Positions 34,186 to 45,512 of a stretch of 64,000 bases of DNA are shown piece by piece (within the stretch, counting starts at the first letter, position 1; each line of letters opens with the position of its first letter). The stretch covers positions 576,776-640,775 of the forward strand of contig CP179889.1 of assembly GCA_047456315.1 (NCBI GenBank), written 5' to 3'. Source of the stretch: Candidatus Nealsonbacteria bacterium. Its GTDB lineage: Bacteria; Patescibacteriota; Minisyncoccia; Minisyncoccales; JANBVM01. Made by a program: the position numbers and the translations under genes. The notes under the pieces are model-generated. The model was not told the origin of the DNA. It saw only the letters and a program-made list of their open reading frames with translations, and made no database searches.

Positions 34186-35430
34186 CTAGTATCCCTTTAA
34201 TTTTTTCAAGCTTCTGTGTTCACGAATCTTTTCTAATGCCTTGGCTTCAATTTGACGAATTCTTTCACGAGTTACTCCAAATTCCTGACCAACCTCCTCT
34301 AAAGTATGAGTAATACCGTCTTCTAAACCAAATCTCATTGATAAGATTCTTTGCTCTCTTTCTGTTAAGTCAACTAAAATCTCACCCAATCTCTCTCTTA
34401 ACAGCGATCTGGCTGCATCCAAAGAAGGAGGTATGCCTTTTTCATCCTTAATAAATTCAGCCAAAATCGAATCATCTTCATTGTCACCTACTGGTGTTTC
34501 TAAAGACACTGTACGCTGAGAGATTTTTGCTAAATGACGCACTTTTGCAACTTCAATACCCATTTCAGCAGCAATTTCTTCGGGCAATGAGGGCCTGCCT
34601 AAGCTTTTCAAAAGCTTTCTTCTTACTTTATTATATTTTGAAAGCGTTTCAACCATGTGAACAGGAATTCTGATTGTTCTTGACTGATCAGCTAAAGCGC
34701 GACTAATTGCCTGCCTTATCCACCAAGTAGCATAGGTTGAAAACTTATAACCTCTTCTCCAGTCAAATTTCTCCACTGCCCTAAAAAGCCCCAGATTTCC
34801 TTCTTGAATCAAATCTAAGATGGTTAAATTAGGAGACCTGCCAATATATTTTTTAGCAATTGAAACAACTAATCTTAAATTAGCTCTGGCTAAGTGTTTT
34901 TTTGCCTCTATATCTCCTTTTTCAATTTTCTTTGCCAGTTCTTTTTCCTGATCAGCAGTTAAGAAATCAACTCTGCCAATTTCTTTTAAATACATCTGTA
35001 CAGGGTCTATTTTTCTTTTTTTACCCACAGGCCTGCCTTTTGTTGGTATTAAAAGCTCTTTTACTTCCTTTATCTCAATTCCATTTTCCTCTAATCTGTC
35101 GTAAAGCGCTTCCAGCCCTGAAATGTCTTTCTCAAAATTAGGAAAAGTGTAAAGGATTTCAGAACTGCTGATAAACCTTCTTTCTCTGGCTTTTTCAATC
35201 AATTTCTCAATTTTCTCCTCTGTAAAAATTCCTTTATAACGGCCTCTTCTGACAGGTTTTTGCTTTCTTGTTTCTGCTTTCTTAAAAATCCTTCTTATAA
35301 CCTTTACTCTCTTTGCTGGTTTTGTTTTTTTAACCTTCTTTAGTTTTCTCTTTTTCACCTTCTTTGGTTTTGTTTTTTTAACTCTTTTTTTAATTGAAGT
35401 TCGTTTTGAACGCTTTTTTATCTTTGGCAT
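34186..35430 (-). CDS. rpoD: RNA polymerase primary sigma factor (sigma-70)
   Basis: Regions 1.2 to 4.2 are present ([37 protein letters not shown]; [20 protein letters not shown]). Lys-rich N-terminus. Confidence 0.93.
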   Translation of the reverse strand: MPKIKKRSKRTSIKKRVKKTKPKKVKKRKLKKVKKTKPAKRVKVIRRIFKKAETRKQKPVRRGRYKGIFTEEKIEKLIEKARERRFISSSEILYTFPNFEKDISGLEALYDRLEENGIEIKEVKELLIPTKGRPVGKKRKIDPVQMYLKEIGRVDFLTADQEKELAKKIEKGDIEAKKHLARANLRLVVSIAKKYIGRSPNLTILDLIQEGNLGLFRAVEKFDWRRGYKFSTYATWWIRQAISRALADQSRTIRIPVHMVETLSKYNKVRRKLLKSLGRPSLPEEIAAEMGIEVAKVRHLAKISQRTVSLETPVGDNEDDSILAEFIKDEKGIPPSLDAARSLLRERLGEILVDLTEREQRILSMRFGLEDGITHTLEEVGQEFGVTRERIRQIEAKALEKIREHRSLKKLKGY

Positions 35431-35434
35431 AAAA

Positions 35435-37162
35435 TTAATTAGTCATTATTTTTTTTGTTAACTGATTAAATCTCTGACTAAGATTTTCTATTTTTTTAAT
35501 ATCCTGATCTTGTTCAGCCTGCCTTATTTGAAAAGAAATATCATCAAGCTTTTTCTTAAGCTCAAGAGATTTTATCTCTTTCAAACAGAATTCAAGCTCA
35601 GATAAAATTTCTTCTTCTTCAATCTGCTCTAGTTCTGCTTTTAAAGAAAGAGGGTTAACAATATTAGAAAGCTCAGCGGAAATCTTATCAAGGCTCTCAA
35701 AGTTATTTATAATTTCCTGGGTCTGAGAAGAAAAGTAAGGAATTATTTTTTTATCTACAGTGCTTAAGTGCTGTGGAGATTTAAAAAGCAAGGTTAACAA
35801 TCTTTCTTCAAGGACTTGTTTTTTTGTTTTTTTATCAGCTTGGTTTTGAAAATCATTAGTTTTAAGAACTGGCTCAGAAACCTCTTCAATCTTTACTTTA
35901 TTTAATTCTACTTCTACGTCCTTTTCTCTTACATTAAGTCTTGCCGCCAACTCCTGAACCCAAGAGGCCTGTTCAATCTTATTAAGAACTCTTTTAATCA
36001 CAGGCAAAAGAGCATTAGAAATCTTTCTTTTTCCTTCAGCAGTTTTTTTATCAAATTGAGAAAATGCATTTTGAAAATGAAAATCTAGGACAGAAACAGA
36101 ATTATTAACTAATTTTTCAAACTCTTTAGCGTCTTTTGAGATTATATCAGCTGGATCTTTGCCTTGAGGCATTTTCACCACCTTAATATTAAAACCCTTG
36201 GCCTGGGCTAAATCTATTCCTCTTTTTGTAGCAGCATCTCCTGCAAAATCCATATCAAAAGCCAGCATTAAATTACTGGAATATCTTTTTAAGACAACCA
36301 ATTGAAAAGGAGTTAAGGCAGTGCCAGCAGTCGCAACCACATTAGCTTTTTCCGCCTGATGAGCCAAAATAACATCAATATAACCCTCTACCAGTATACA
36401 GGAATCATTTTTCCTTATTCCTACTTTTGATTTATCTAATCCATAAAGAATCTTACCTTTATCATATAAGGGAGTATTGGGTGTGTTCATGTATTTAGCA
36501 ACAGCTTTTTCTTTTTCAAGAACTCTCCCCCCAAAACCAATTACCTGAGAATTTAAATCAAAAACAGGAAACATAATTCTAGACCTGAACCTATCATAAT
36601 AAGAACCTTTTTCTGCTTTTATTGATAATCCTGTTTTTTGCATCTCTTCCATTGAGTAGCTTTGTGAACTCAAAAACTCTGTTAAACCCCGCCAGGCATC
36701 AGGAGCCCAGCCCAATCTCCACTTCTTAATTGATTCCTCGTTTATCCCTCTTTTAAAAAGATATTCTTTTGCTTTTTTGCCTTTTGAGCTTTTTTCAAGC
36801 TGTTTTTGATAAAACTTAACTGCTAACTCACAGATTTCGTAGAATCTTTGTCTTTTAGTCCGCAGCTCTGGATTTACTGGCTTTAAATCCACTCCAGCTT
36901 TCTGAGCTAAAACACGCAAGGCATCGCCAAACTCCATGCCCTCTATCTTCATTACAAAGTCAAAAACACTATGACCCTCGCCACATCCAAAGCAGTGCCA
37001 GATTTGCCTTGAAGGAGAAACAAAAAGTGAAGGTGTTTTCTCACCATGAAAAGGACAAAGCGCCTTATAATTCGCACCTGCTTTTGTTAGCTTAATGTAG
37101 CTTTTAATAACCTCGACTATATCAAGCTTTGACTTTATTTCTTCAATTGGGGAAGAAAACAT
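35435..37162 (-). CDS. dnaG: DNA primase
   Basis: Zinc ribbon [25 protein letters not shown] and a TOPRIM domain (EGYIDV...DMDFAGD). Confidence 0.93.
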   Translation of the reverse strand: MFSSPIEEIKSKLDIVEVIKSYIKLTKAGANYKALCPFHGEKTPSLFVSPSRQIWHCFGCGEGHSVFDFVMKIEGMEFGDALRVLAQKAGVDLKPVNPELRTKRQRFYEICELAVKFYQKQLEKSSKGKKAKEYLFKRGINEESIKKWRLGWAPDAWRGLTEFLSSQSYSMEEMQKTGLSIKAEKGSYYDRFRSRIMFPVFDLNSQVIGFGGRVLEKEKAVAKYMNTPNTPLYDKGKILYGLDKSKVGIRKNDSCILVEGYIDVILAHQAEKANVVATAGTALTPFQLVVLKRYSSNLMLAFDMDFAGDAATKRGIDLAQAKGFNIKVVKMPQGKDPADIISKDAKEFEKLVNNSVSVLDFHFQNAFSQFDKKTAEGKRKISNALLPVIKRVLNKIEQASWVQELAARLNVREKDVEVELNKVKIEEVSEPVLKTNDFQNQADKKTKKQVLEERLLTLLFKSPQHLSTVDKKIIPYFSSQTQEIINNFESLDKISAELSNIVNPLSLKAELEQIEEEEILSELEFCLKEIKSLELKKKLDDISFQIRQAEQDQDIKKIENLSQRFNQLTKKIMTN

Positions 37163-37165
37163 AAA

Positions 37166-37331
37166 TTATTGTTTTTTAGATACTACTGTAACTTTACTAT
37201 TGGGAATTGAATGAATGGATCCATCACTGGATTCAATAACTGTTTTTCTTAAAGTTATCTCTTTAACCCTGCCCTCAATACCAGAAACTTTTATTTTTTT
37301 ATTAAATACAACATACGAAATATCAATAATG
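37166..37331 (-). pseudogene. MscS beta-domain-like fragment without a canonical start
   Basis: Contains VSGIEGRVKEITLRKTVIESSDGSIHSIPNSKVTVV, matching the MscS G.V..I.LR.T......G....IPNS pattern. The only Met of the track ORF lies inside tRNA-Ser. Confidence 0.3.
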
Positions 37332-37417
37332 CGGAGAGGACAGGATTCGAACCTGCAAACCCCCGAAGGGGTCCTTGCTTTCCAGACAAGTGCCTTAGCC
37401 GTTCGGCGCACCTCTCC
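37332..37417 (-). tRNA. tRNA-Ser (GGA)
   Basis: Acceptor GGAGAGG/CCTCTCC; anticodon arm CTTGT-CTGGAAA-GCAAG; long variable arm GACCCCTTCGGGGGTT; T-arm GCAGG-TTCGAAT-CCTGT. Confidence 0.9.
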
Positions 37418-37450
37418 CTATTTAAAAGCCTATCATTTTCCTTTAATTTT

Positions 37451-38347
37451 TCAAACTTTCATTCCCCTTAAAGCTTTTAATCTTTTCTCAACTGGAGGGT
37501 GTGTTAAAAACAATCCTGTTAACCAATTTTTTTCTTTAAAAGGATTGCTGATATATAAATGAGCAGTTGAGCTGTCAGCTGTTTTTAAAGAAGTTCTGTC
37601 TTGAGATATCTTTTCTAAAGCCCTGGCTAAACCTTCTGGATGTCTTGTTAAAAGAGCCCCTGTTGCGTCAGCTAAAAACTCTCTTTTTCTTGATATTGCC
37701 AGCTGAATTAAAGTAGCGATAATGGGCGCCAAAATAGCTCCAACTAATCCTAAAACCATTATTAATCCTGCTGAGGAATCTTTATCTCTTTTCCTTCCCC
37801 TTCCTCCTGAATGAAAACTGATTCGCAGAAACATTCTTGATAAAAGCGCCACAACTCCAACCAACACAACAACTACTGTTCCTAAAAGCATGTCCTTATT
37901 TCCAATATGAGCCAGTTCATGGGCAATCACTCCCTCAAGCTCAGCTCTTTCCAGTTTATTCAGCAGTCCTTTTGTTACAGCAATAACAGCATGCTTCTGA
38001 TCTCTTCCTGTTGCAAAAGCATTGGGTTGAGCTTCATTAATAATATATACTTTTGGTACAGGAAGCCCTGCAGTAATAGCAAGATTTTCAACAATCCTGT
38101 AAAGCTCTGGGTTGTCTTTTTTTTGAATCTCTTTGGCTCCAGTCATTGCTAAAACAATTTTGTCCGAAAACCAGAAACTAGCAACACTTTGAGTAATACT
38201 TAAAACCACTGCAATAATTAAAAAAACATTATTTTCCAATAAATAACTGAAAAACCAGCCCAATCCAATGATTAAAACCAAAAACAAGGTTAATAAAATC
38301 CAAGTCTTGCGAATATTAGAATCCGCCTGAGTATATAATGTAGCCAT
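37451..38347 (-). CDS. htpX: Zinc metalloprotease HtpX (peptidase M48)
   Basis: HELAHI motif, four TM helices, and a downstream EF.AD motif. Confidence 0.9.
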   Translation of the reverse strand: MATLYTQADSNIRKTWILLTLFLVLIIGLGWFFSYLLENNVFLIIAVVLSITQSVASFWFSDKIVLAMTGAKEIQKKDNPELYRIVENLAITAGLPVPKVYIINEAQPNAFATGRDQKHAVIAVTKGLLNKLERAELEGVIAHELAHIGNKDMLLGTVVVVLVGVVALLSRMFLRISFHSGGRGRKRDKDSSAGLIMVLGLVGAILAPIIATLIQLAISRKREFLADATGALLTRHPEGLARALEKISQDRTSLKTADSSTAHLYISNPFKEKNWLTGLFLTHPPVEKRLKALRGMKV

Positions 38348-38354
38348 GTGTTAA

Positions 38355-38906
38355 TTAGAATTTTACCTTTGGAGCTTCTCTTTTTTCCGGCTCTGCTAAT
38401 TCAAAAAGATCCATTTTTTTAAATCCTAAAACACCAACAACTAGATTTGCAGGAAAACTTTCTAATTTAATATTTAAATCCCTGACATTACCATTATAAA
38501 ATCTTCTGGCTGCCTGAACTTTATCTTCAGTGTCACGAAGCTCTCTTTGAAGTTCTAAGAAATTAGTTGATGCTTTTAAATCTGGATAGTTCTCTGAAAC
38601 AGCAAATAAGCTTTTTAAGGTATTACTGAGCATATTTTCTGCCTGACCTCTTTCCTTTATATCCTTAGCTCCCATTGCTTTAGCTCTTGCCTCAGCAACT
38701 TTTTCAAAAATCTGCTTTTCATGAGATGCATAACCTTTGACTGTTTCAACTAAATTAGGAATTAAGTTGTATCTTCTTTTTAACTGAACATCTATATCAG
38801 CCCAGGCCTCTTTAGCTCTATTTTTAAACTTAACCAAACCGTTATAAGTAATAATCAGCCAAAAAGCAACTAAAGCTAATACACCTAATACAATATTTGT
38901 GATCAT
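38355..38906 (-). CDS. lemA: LemA family protein
   Basis: N-terminal TM helix plus the LemA core (WADIDVQLKRRYNLIPNLVETVKGYASHE...ARRFYN). Confidence 0.9.
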   Translation of the reverse strand: MITNIVLGVLALVAFWLIITYNGLVKFKNRAKEAWADIDVQLKRRYNLIPNLVETVKGYASHEKQIFEKVAEARAKAMGAKDIKERGQAENMLSNTLKSLFAVSENYPDLKASTNFLELQRELRDTEDKVQAARRFYNGNVRDLNIKLESFPANLVVGVLGFKKMDLFELAEPEKREAPKVKF

Positions 38907-39020
38907 AGTTTTTAATTCAGTTTATCAATTTGTTTCGACTAATGATAATTATATCTTAGTTTTAGGTTTAACTAAAGCTTACCACCAGCCTTTTAGCTGG
39001 TGGCAAGTAAGAAAATAATC

Positions 39021-40712
<1,692 letters not shown>

Positions 40713-40719
40713 TTAAAAT

Positions 40720-41013
40720 TTATTGCTCTATAACTGCTAAAACATCTTCTTGCTTGGCAATAAGATATTCTTTTCCATCGACTTTAATCTCACTTGGAGC
40801 ATATTTTTTAAACAAAACCTTTTGTCCAGCTTTTACAGCCATAGGAATTATTTTATCAGCTGAAGTTCTTTTGCCCGGGCCAACAGCAATAACTTTGCCT
40901 TGTTCAGAGCTTTCTTTATCAGCTGTTTCTGGTAAAAGAATACCAGATTTTGTCTTTTCTTCTTCTTTGATTGGTTCGATTAAAATATAATCTGATAATG
41001 GTTTTATATTCAT
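40720..41013 (-). CDS. groS: Co-chaperonin GroES
   Basis: Contains IKPLSDYILIEP...KTKSGILLPE; 97 aa, upstream of groL. Confidence 0.95.
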   Translation of the reverse strand: MNIKPLSDYILIEPIKEEEKTKSGILLPETADKESSEQGKVIAVGPGKRTSADKIIPMAVKAGQKVLFKKYAPSEIKVDGKEYLIAKQEDVLAVIEQ

Positions 41014-41053
41014 AATTACTATAAATTTATATTAAACTGCTATTGTTTATCTT

Positions 41054-41080
41054 TTAGCAGGATAGACCTTTGAGTGCTAA
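41054..41080 (-). promoter_or_regulatory. CIRCE-like operator
   Basis: Minus strand reads TTAGCACTC-N9-TCCTGCTAA. The left half is a perfect match to consensus; the right half matches GAGTGCTAA at 6 of 9 positions. Confidence 0.6.
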
Positions 41081-41089
41081 TTCTTCTCT

Positions 41090-41118
41090 ATCTTAATTGA
41101 GACCCCTGCTCTTGTCAA
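41090..41118 (-). promoter_or_regulatory. Sigma70-type promoter of groES-groEL
   Basis: Minus strand reads TTGACA - 17 nt - TAAGAT, immediately upstream of the CIRCE-like site. Confidence 0.55.
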
Positions 41119-41223
41119 GAACTATCCTCTGTATTAGAAATAAAGGCAATCGCCTTTGAAACATGAGCTCCTGTCTTGACTTGATTCTTGATTTGTTAAA
41201 ATTAGAGTGTATAATAAAAACGT

Positions 41224-41601
41224 ATGGAAAAACTATTGTGGTATATTATTGCTGGGATATTATCTTTTTTTCTGGCAGCCAGATTTATTGCTGGTGTAAG
41301 TTTAGAAATCCTCCCTAGTAGCAGTTTCTTAGGATTTACTCTTACTCAATACTGGCATATTTTAGTGGTTATAGGAGGAATACTGGGAATTGTGAACTTT
41401 TTCATCAAGCCAATTCTTGATGCGCTCACCCTTCCCTTAAAGTTCTTGACTTTAGGGCTTTTCTCAATATTATTAAATATGGCCATCATCTGGTTTTTAG
41501 ATGTTTTATTTCTAGAGCTTACAATTGTCGGCCTTAGCTCACTGTTTTTTACAACAGCAATTGTCTGGACCGTTAATTTCTTCTTAGGACTAAAAAGATG
41601 A
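41224..41601 (+). CDS. DUF360 / holin-superfamily-IV-like four-TM membrane protein
   Basis: Contains GILGIVNFFIKPILDALTLPLKFLTLGLFSILLNMAIIW, typical of the YvlD/DUF360 family. Confidence 0.6.
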   Translation: MEKLLWYIIAGILSFFLAARFIAGVSLEILPSSSFLGFTLTQYWHILVVIGGILGIVNFFIKPILDALTLPLKFLTLGLFSILLNMAIIWFLDVLFLELTIVGLSSLFFTTAIVWTVNFFLGLKR

Positions 41602-41816
41602 AACAATATTTATTTATCGCTCAAAGCGTTGTAGCTGTGTTTTTAATTATCTCAATTCTCTTGCAGCAAAGAGATAGTTCTTTAGGTTCTGCTTTTGGAG
41701 GAAGCGGAGGGTTCCATGTATCAAGAAGAGGTGCAGAAAAAAATCTTTTTTGGGCAACAGTAATTTTTGGAATAATCTTTGTAGTTCTATCTTTGTTAAA
41801 TCTTTTACTAAATTAA
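41598..41816 (+). CDS. secG: Preprotein translocase subunit SecG
   Basis: Two TM helices with LLQQRDSSLGSAFGGSGG between them. Confidence 0.8.
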   Translation: MKQYLFIAQSVVAVFLIISILLQQRDSSLGSAFGGSGGFHVSRRGAEKNLFWATVIFGIIFVVLSLLNLLLN

Positions 41817-41854
41817 TTAATCTCTTAAAATCTAAAAAGTAAAAATAATCAGTT

Positions 41855-43867
41855 ATGAGTTATAAATGGCCATCAAAAAATCAATGGCTTCAATTTTTTA
41901 AAACTTTAAGCAGTAAAGAAAGAAAGGTCTTTATCTTTTTTGGTTCTTTATTCCTCTTCTCATTTATCTTTCTTTCAGTTGGTTTTTACGTTAAAAACAC
42001 AGAGATAGTGCCAGCTCTTGGCAGCTCTTACATTGAAGGAGTGGTGGGCTTCCCTAGATTTATCAATCCTGTTTATGCATCGCTTTCAAACGCAGACAAA
42101 GACCTGACAGAGCTTATTTTCTCTGGCTTGATGAGATATGATGAGAATGGCCAGTTGGCCTTAGACATGGCAAAGGATTATCAGGTAATTGATAATGGAA
42201 GAATTTATGAATTCTACTTAAAAGACAATCTGGTCTGGCAAGACGGACGTAAACTGACTGCTGATGACATAGTTTTTACAATTGAAACTATTCAAAATCC
42301 AGACATTAAAAGCCCTCTGCGTTCTATTTGGCTGGGTGTAACAGTGGAAAAAATATCTGAATCAGCAGTAAGATTCACTCTTAAAAACAGCTCATCAATC
42401 TTTTTAGAAAACTCTACTTTTAAAATAATACCAAAACACATCTGGGAAAATGTTTCTGCTAAAAACTTTTCTTTCAGCCCGAACAATCTTAAGCCTGTTG
42501 GTTCTGGGCCATATAAATTTCAGGATTTGTCCCAGGACAATGAAGGAAAAATAACCTCAGTTAATTTAATTAAAAATGTTCTCTATTGTAATGAAGGCCC
42601 ATATATATCGAAAATCTCTTTTAAGTTTTTTGAAACCGAAGAAGAATTGATAGACGCCTATAAAAAAGACCAGATTAAAGGTTTCTCTGTTAACTCTCCT
42701 AATAATATTTCTTTCTGTGATATTTCTTCTAACGGACTAAGCAAATGCAATGACTCAAATCTTTATTCTTTGTATTTGCCAAGATATTTTGCAGTTTTCT
42801 TTAATCAAAATAATTCAAAAGTTCTTTCTGATGAAAACGTAAGAATGGCTCTAAGTTATGGAACAAATAAAAAAGAGCTTATTGAAACGCTTTTCTTAGA
42901 CCATGGAAAAGAAATTAACTCCCCCATTCTCCCTGATATTTATGGATTTCAAGAGCCAACAAAAGTTTATGAATTTGACATTGAAAAAGCAAAAGATATT
43001 CTAGAAAAAGCTGGCTTTATAACTACAGAACAAGGAACAAGAGAAAAAACAGTTAAAAAAGAATTATCTTTTGTATTTAAAAGCACTTTAACTGTTGGCT
43101 CTCAAGGGGCTGAAGTAAAAGAGCTCCAAAAATGTCTTTCAAAAGATCCTGAAATATATCCTGAAGGAAAAATAAGCGGATATTTTGGAAGCCAGACAAA
43201 AGCAGCTGTTATTAAATTTCAAGAAAAATACAAAGAAGATGTTTTAACTCCTTTTGGGCTTGAAAAAGGCACGGGTGATGTTAAAAGTAAAACAAGAGAA
43301 AAATTAAATGAGGTTTGTTTTGAAGCACCAGAAGAAAAACTATCTTTAGAGTTTTCTCTTTATACTGTGGACCAACCTCTTATGATAAAAGCGGCAAGAG
43401 CCCTTAAAGCTCAGTGGAAAGAATTAGGAGCCAAGGTCAGCGTTAAAACCTTTGATATCAATTCTCTGGAAAGTGAAGTTTTAAGAAAAAGAGAATTTGA
43501 ATCGCTTTTGTTTGGAGAGGTTCTATCCTTGATTCCAGATCCATTCCCTTTCTGGCATTCTTCTCAAAAAGGAGAGCTGGGATTGAATTTAGCTAACTAT
43601 AAAAACGACCAGGCTGACAAGCTTTTAGAAATAAACAGGCAGTCATTAGATGAAACAGAAAGACAGCAAAAACTAGAAGAATTCCAGAATATATTAATCA
43701 AAGACTTGCCTGCCATATTTTTATACAACCCAGATTATCTCTATATTGTTCCTGAAAATATAAAAGGAATAAATGAAAAGATTATTACTGATCCTTCCAA
43801 AAGGTTGACTGATATCTCAACTTGGTATATTAAGACAAGAAGAGTATGGAAGATTACAAACAACTAA
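41855..43867 (+). CDS. Membrane-anchored family-5 (peptide/nickel type) solute-binding protein with an inserted peptidoglycan-binding domain
   Basis: N-terminal TM helix and a SBP_bac_5-like body. A PG_binding_1-like insert is present (GSQGAEVKELQKCLSKDPEIYPEGKISGYFGSQTKAAVIKFQEKY). Confidence 0.7.
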   Translation: MSYKWPSKNQWLQFFKTLSSKERKVFIFFGSLFLFSFIFLSVGFYVKNTEIVPALGSSYIEGVVGFPRFINPVYASLSNADKDLTELIFSGLMRYDENGQLALDMAKDYQVIDNGRIYEFYLKDNLVWQDGRKLTADDIVFTIETIQNPDIKSPLRSIWLGVTVEKISESAVRFTLKNSSSIFLENSTFKIIPKHIWENVSAKNFSFSPNNLKPVGSGPYKFQDLSQDNEGKITSVNLIKNVLYCNEGPYISKISFKFFETEEELIDAYKKDQIKGFSVNSPNNISFCDISSNGLSKCNDSNLYSLYLPRYFAVFFNQNNSKVLSDENVRMALSYGTNKKELIETLFLDHGKEINSPILPDIYGFQEPTKVYEFDIEKAKDILEKAGFITTEQGTREKTVKKELSFVFKSTLTVGSQGAEVKELQKCLSKDPEIYPEGKISGYFGSQTKAAVIKFQEKYKEDVLTPFGLEKGTGDVKSKTREKLNEVCFEAPEEKLSLEFSLYTVDQPLMIKAARALKAQWKELGAKVSVKTFDINSLESEVLRKREFESLLFGEVLSLIPDPFPFWHSSQKGELGLNLANYKNDQADKLLEINRQSLDETERQQKLEEFQNILIKDLPAIFLYNPDYLYIVPENIKGINEKIITDPSKRLTDISTWYIKTRRVWKITNN

Positions 43868-44451
43868 TTAAGGACAGAAAACCAGATATCCGCTTCCTTA
43901 ATGACATGAAGGATGTGGTTTATGATAAAGAGTGGATTAAAAACGCTCCAAATGATGAGCTTTATTATATGTACAGGAAGGTTAAAGAGAAAGATGGACT
44001 TGTCAATCATATTACTATTACTCCAGCCAGAATGCTGGGAAAAGAATACATTAAAACAAAGGGTCATTACCATAGCAAGGATAATTATGGAGAGATTTAC
44101 AGGGTACTGGAAGGCAAAGGAATATTTTTAGCGCAAAAGAAAAAAGATGATCCAGAAATAATTGAAGATGTATTTTCTGTCAAAGCAGAAAAAGGAGAAT
44201 ATGTTGTAATTCCTGCTGGATATGGTCATGTAATGATTAATCACTCATCTGATGACTTAATAACAATAGACTGGTCGTCAGAAGATTGCAAAGGGATTTA
44301 TGACCTGTTCATGGAAAAACGAGGAGCTTGCTATTACTATACTGAATCAGGCTGGATAAAAAATGAAAATTACAAACAAGTTCCTGAACTGCGCTCTGAA
44401 AAATCATTAAAATCAATGCCTGAAAACTTAGATTTCCTATATGGAAAATAA
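43846..44451 (+). CDS. Cupin-type glucose-6-phosphate isomerase family protein
   Basis: Contains TKGHYHS...EIYRVLEGKG...PAGYGHVMIN, cupin metal ligands as in archaeal-type PGI. Confidence 0.65.
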   Translation: MEDYKQLIKDRKPDIRFLNDMKDVVYDKEWIKNAPNDELYYMYRKVKEKDGLVNHITITPARMLGKEYIKTKGHYHSKDNYGEIYRVLEGKGIFLAQKKKDDPEIIEDVFSVKAEKGEYVVIPAGYGHVMINHSSDDLITIDWSSEDCKGIYDLFMEKRGACYYYTESGWIKNENYKQVPELRSEKSLKSMPENLDFLYGK

Positions 44452-45331
44452 AAATCAAATTATTACGAAAGTGGTGATCCCAGCTGCTGGCTGGGGAACA
44501 AGGTTTTTGCCAGCAACAAAAGCAATGCCAAAAGAAATGCTTCCTATTGTTGATAAACCAGTGATTCAGTATGTTGTTGAGGAAGTGGTTGAATCTGGCA
44601 TCAAAGACATTATTATTGTCACTGGCTGGCATAAAAGAGCAATTGAAGATCATTTTGACAGATCAGCTGAGCTTGAAAAACATTTACTAGACCACAACAA
44701 ACAAGAAAGATTAGAAGTGATAAAAAAAATTGCTCAGCTGGCTAACTTTATCTATATTCGTCAGAGCGGAGAGCTTTATGGAAATGCAATACCAGTTTTA
44801 ACTGCTGAGCCTGTAATTGGCAATCAACCCTTTGCAGTTGTCTGGGGCGATGAATTTATTGTGGCTAAACCTCCAAGACTGACTCAAATGATTAAAGCAT
44901 ATGAGAAATATAAAGGAGTTATGATTTCAGCTGTAAGAATTGAATCAAAAGACCAGCTTTCCCGCTATGGAATAGCTGATGTGGAGAAAGTTGATGAAAA
45001 TGTTTTTAGAATTAAAAAGATTGTTGAAAAACCAATGCCAGAAGCAGCGCCTTCCAACTTAGCCACTCACGGAGCATATATTGTCCCTCCAGAAATATTT
45101 GATGTCATTAGGAATTTAAAACCTGGTAAGGGTGAAGAATACTGGCTACCAGAAGCCATTAATGAACTTAATAAACAAGGGGTTCCTATTTATGCTTGTG
45201 AAATTAAAAATGGGAAATATTATGACACTGGAAACAAGCTTGAATACTTAAAAACAGTGTTAGAATTTGCTCTTTCCCGTCCTGAATTTTCAAAAGAGCT
45301 AAAACAGCATCTCAAAAAACTAAATTTATGA
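44441..45331 (+). CDS. galU: UTP--glucose-1-phosphate uridylyltransferase
   Basis: Contains KVVIPAAGWGTRFLPATKAMPKEMLPIVDKPVIQY. Confidence 0.9.
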   Translation: MENKNQIITKVVIPAAGWGTRFLPATKAMPKEMLPIVDKPVIQYVVEEVVESGIKDIIIVTGWHKRAIEDHFDRSAELEKHLLDHNKQERLEVIKKIAQLANFIYIRQSGELYGNAIPVLTAEPVIGNQPFAVVWGDEFIVAKPPRLTQMIKAYEKYKGVMISAVRIESKDQLSRYGIADVEKVDENVFRIKKIVEKPMPEAAPSNLATHGAYIVPPEIFDVIRNLKPGKGEEYWLPEAINELNKQGVPIYACEIKNGKYYDTGNKLEYLKTVLEFALSRPEFSKELKQHLKKLNL

Positions 45332-45344
45332 AACCGAAAGATAG

Positions 45345-45427
45345 GCCGAGGTGATGAAACTGGAAAACATACGCGGTTCAGATCCGCGTGCCCATTGGGC
45401 TTGTGGGTTCAAATCCCACTCTCGGCA
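45345..45427 (+). tRNA. tRNA-Leu (CAG)
   Basis: Acceptor GCCGAGG/TCTCGGC; anticodon arm CGCGG-TTCAGAT-CCGCG; long variable arm; T-arm GTGGG-TTCAAAT-CCCAC. Confidence 0.88.
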
Positions 45428-45512
45428 CTAATAAAAATTCAAAACAGAACTATTAACCTAATGGTTTTATGTTTAAATCTCTGTTTTTAAACATAATCTT
45501 GTGTAAAAATTT

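Noticed and set aside
37166-37411. 81-aa ORF from the track.
   Set aside because: Its N-terminal third is the reverse reading of tRNA-Ser. Only the C-terminal MscS-like part is meaningful, and that part is reported as a fragment.
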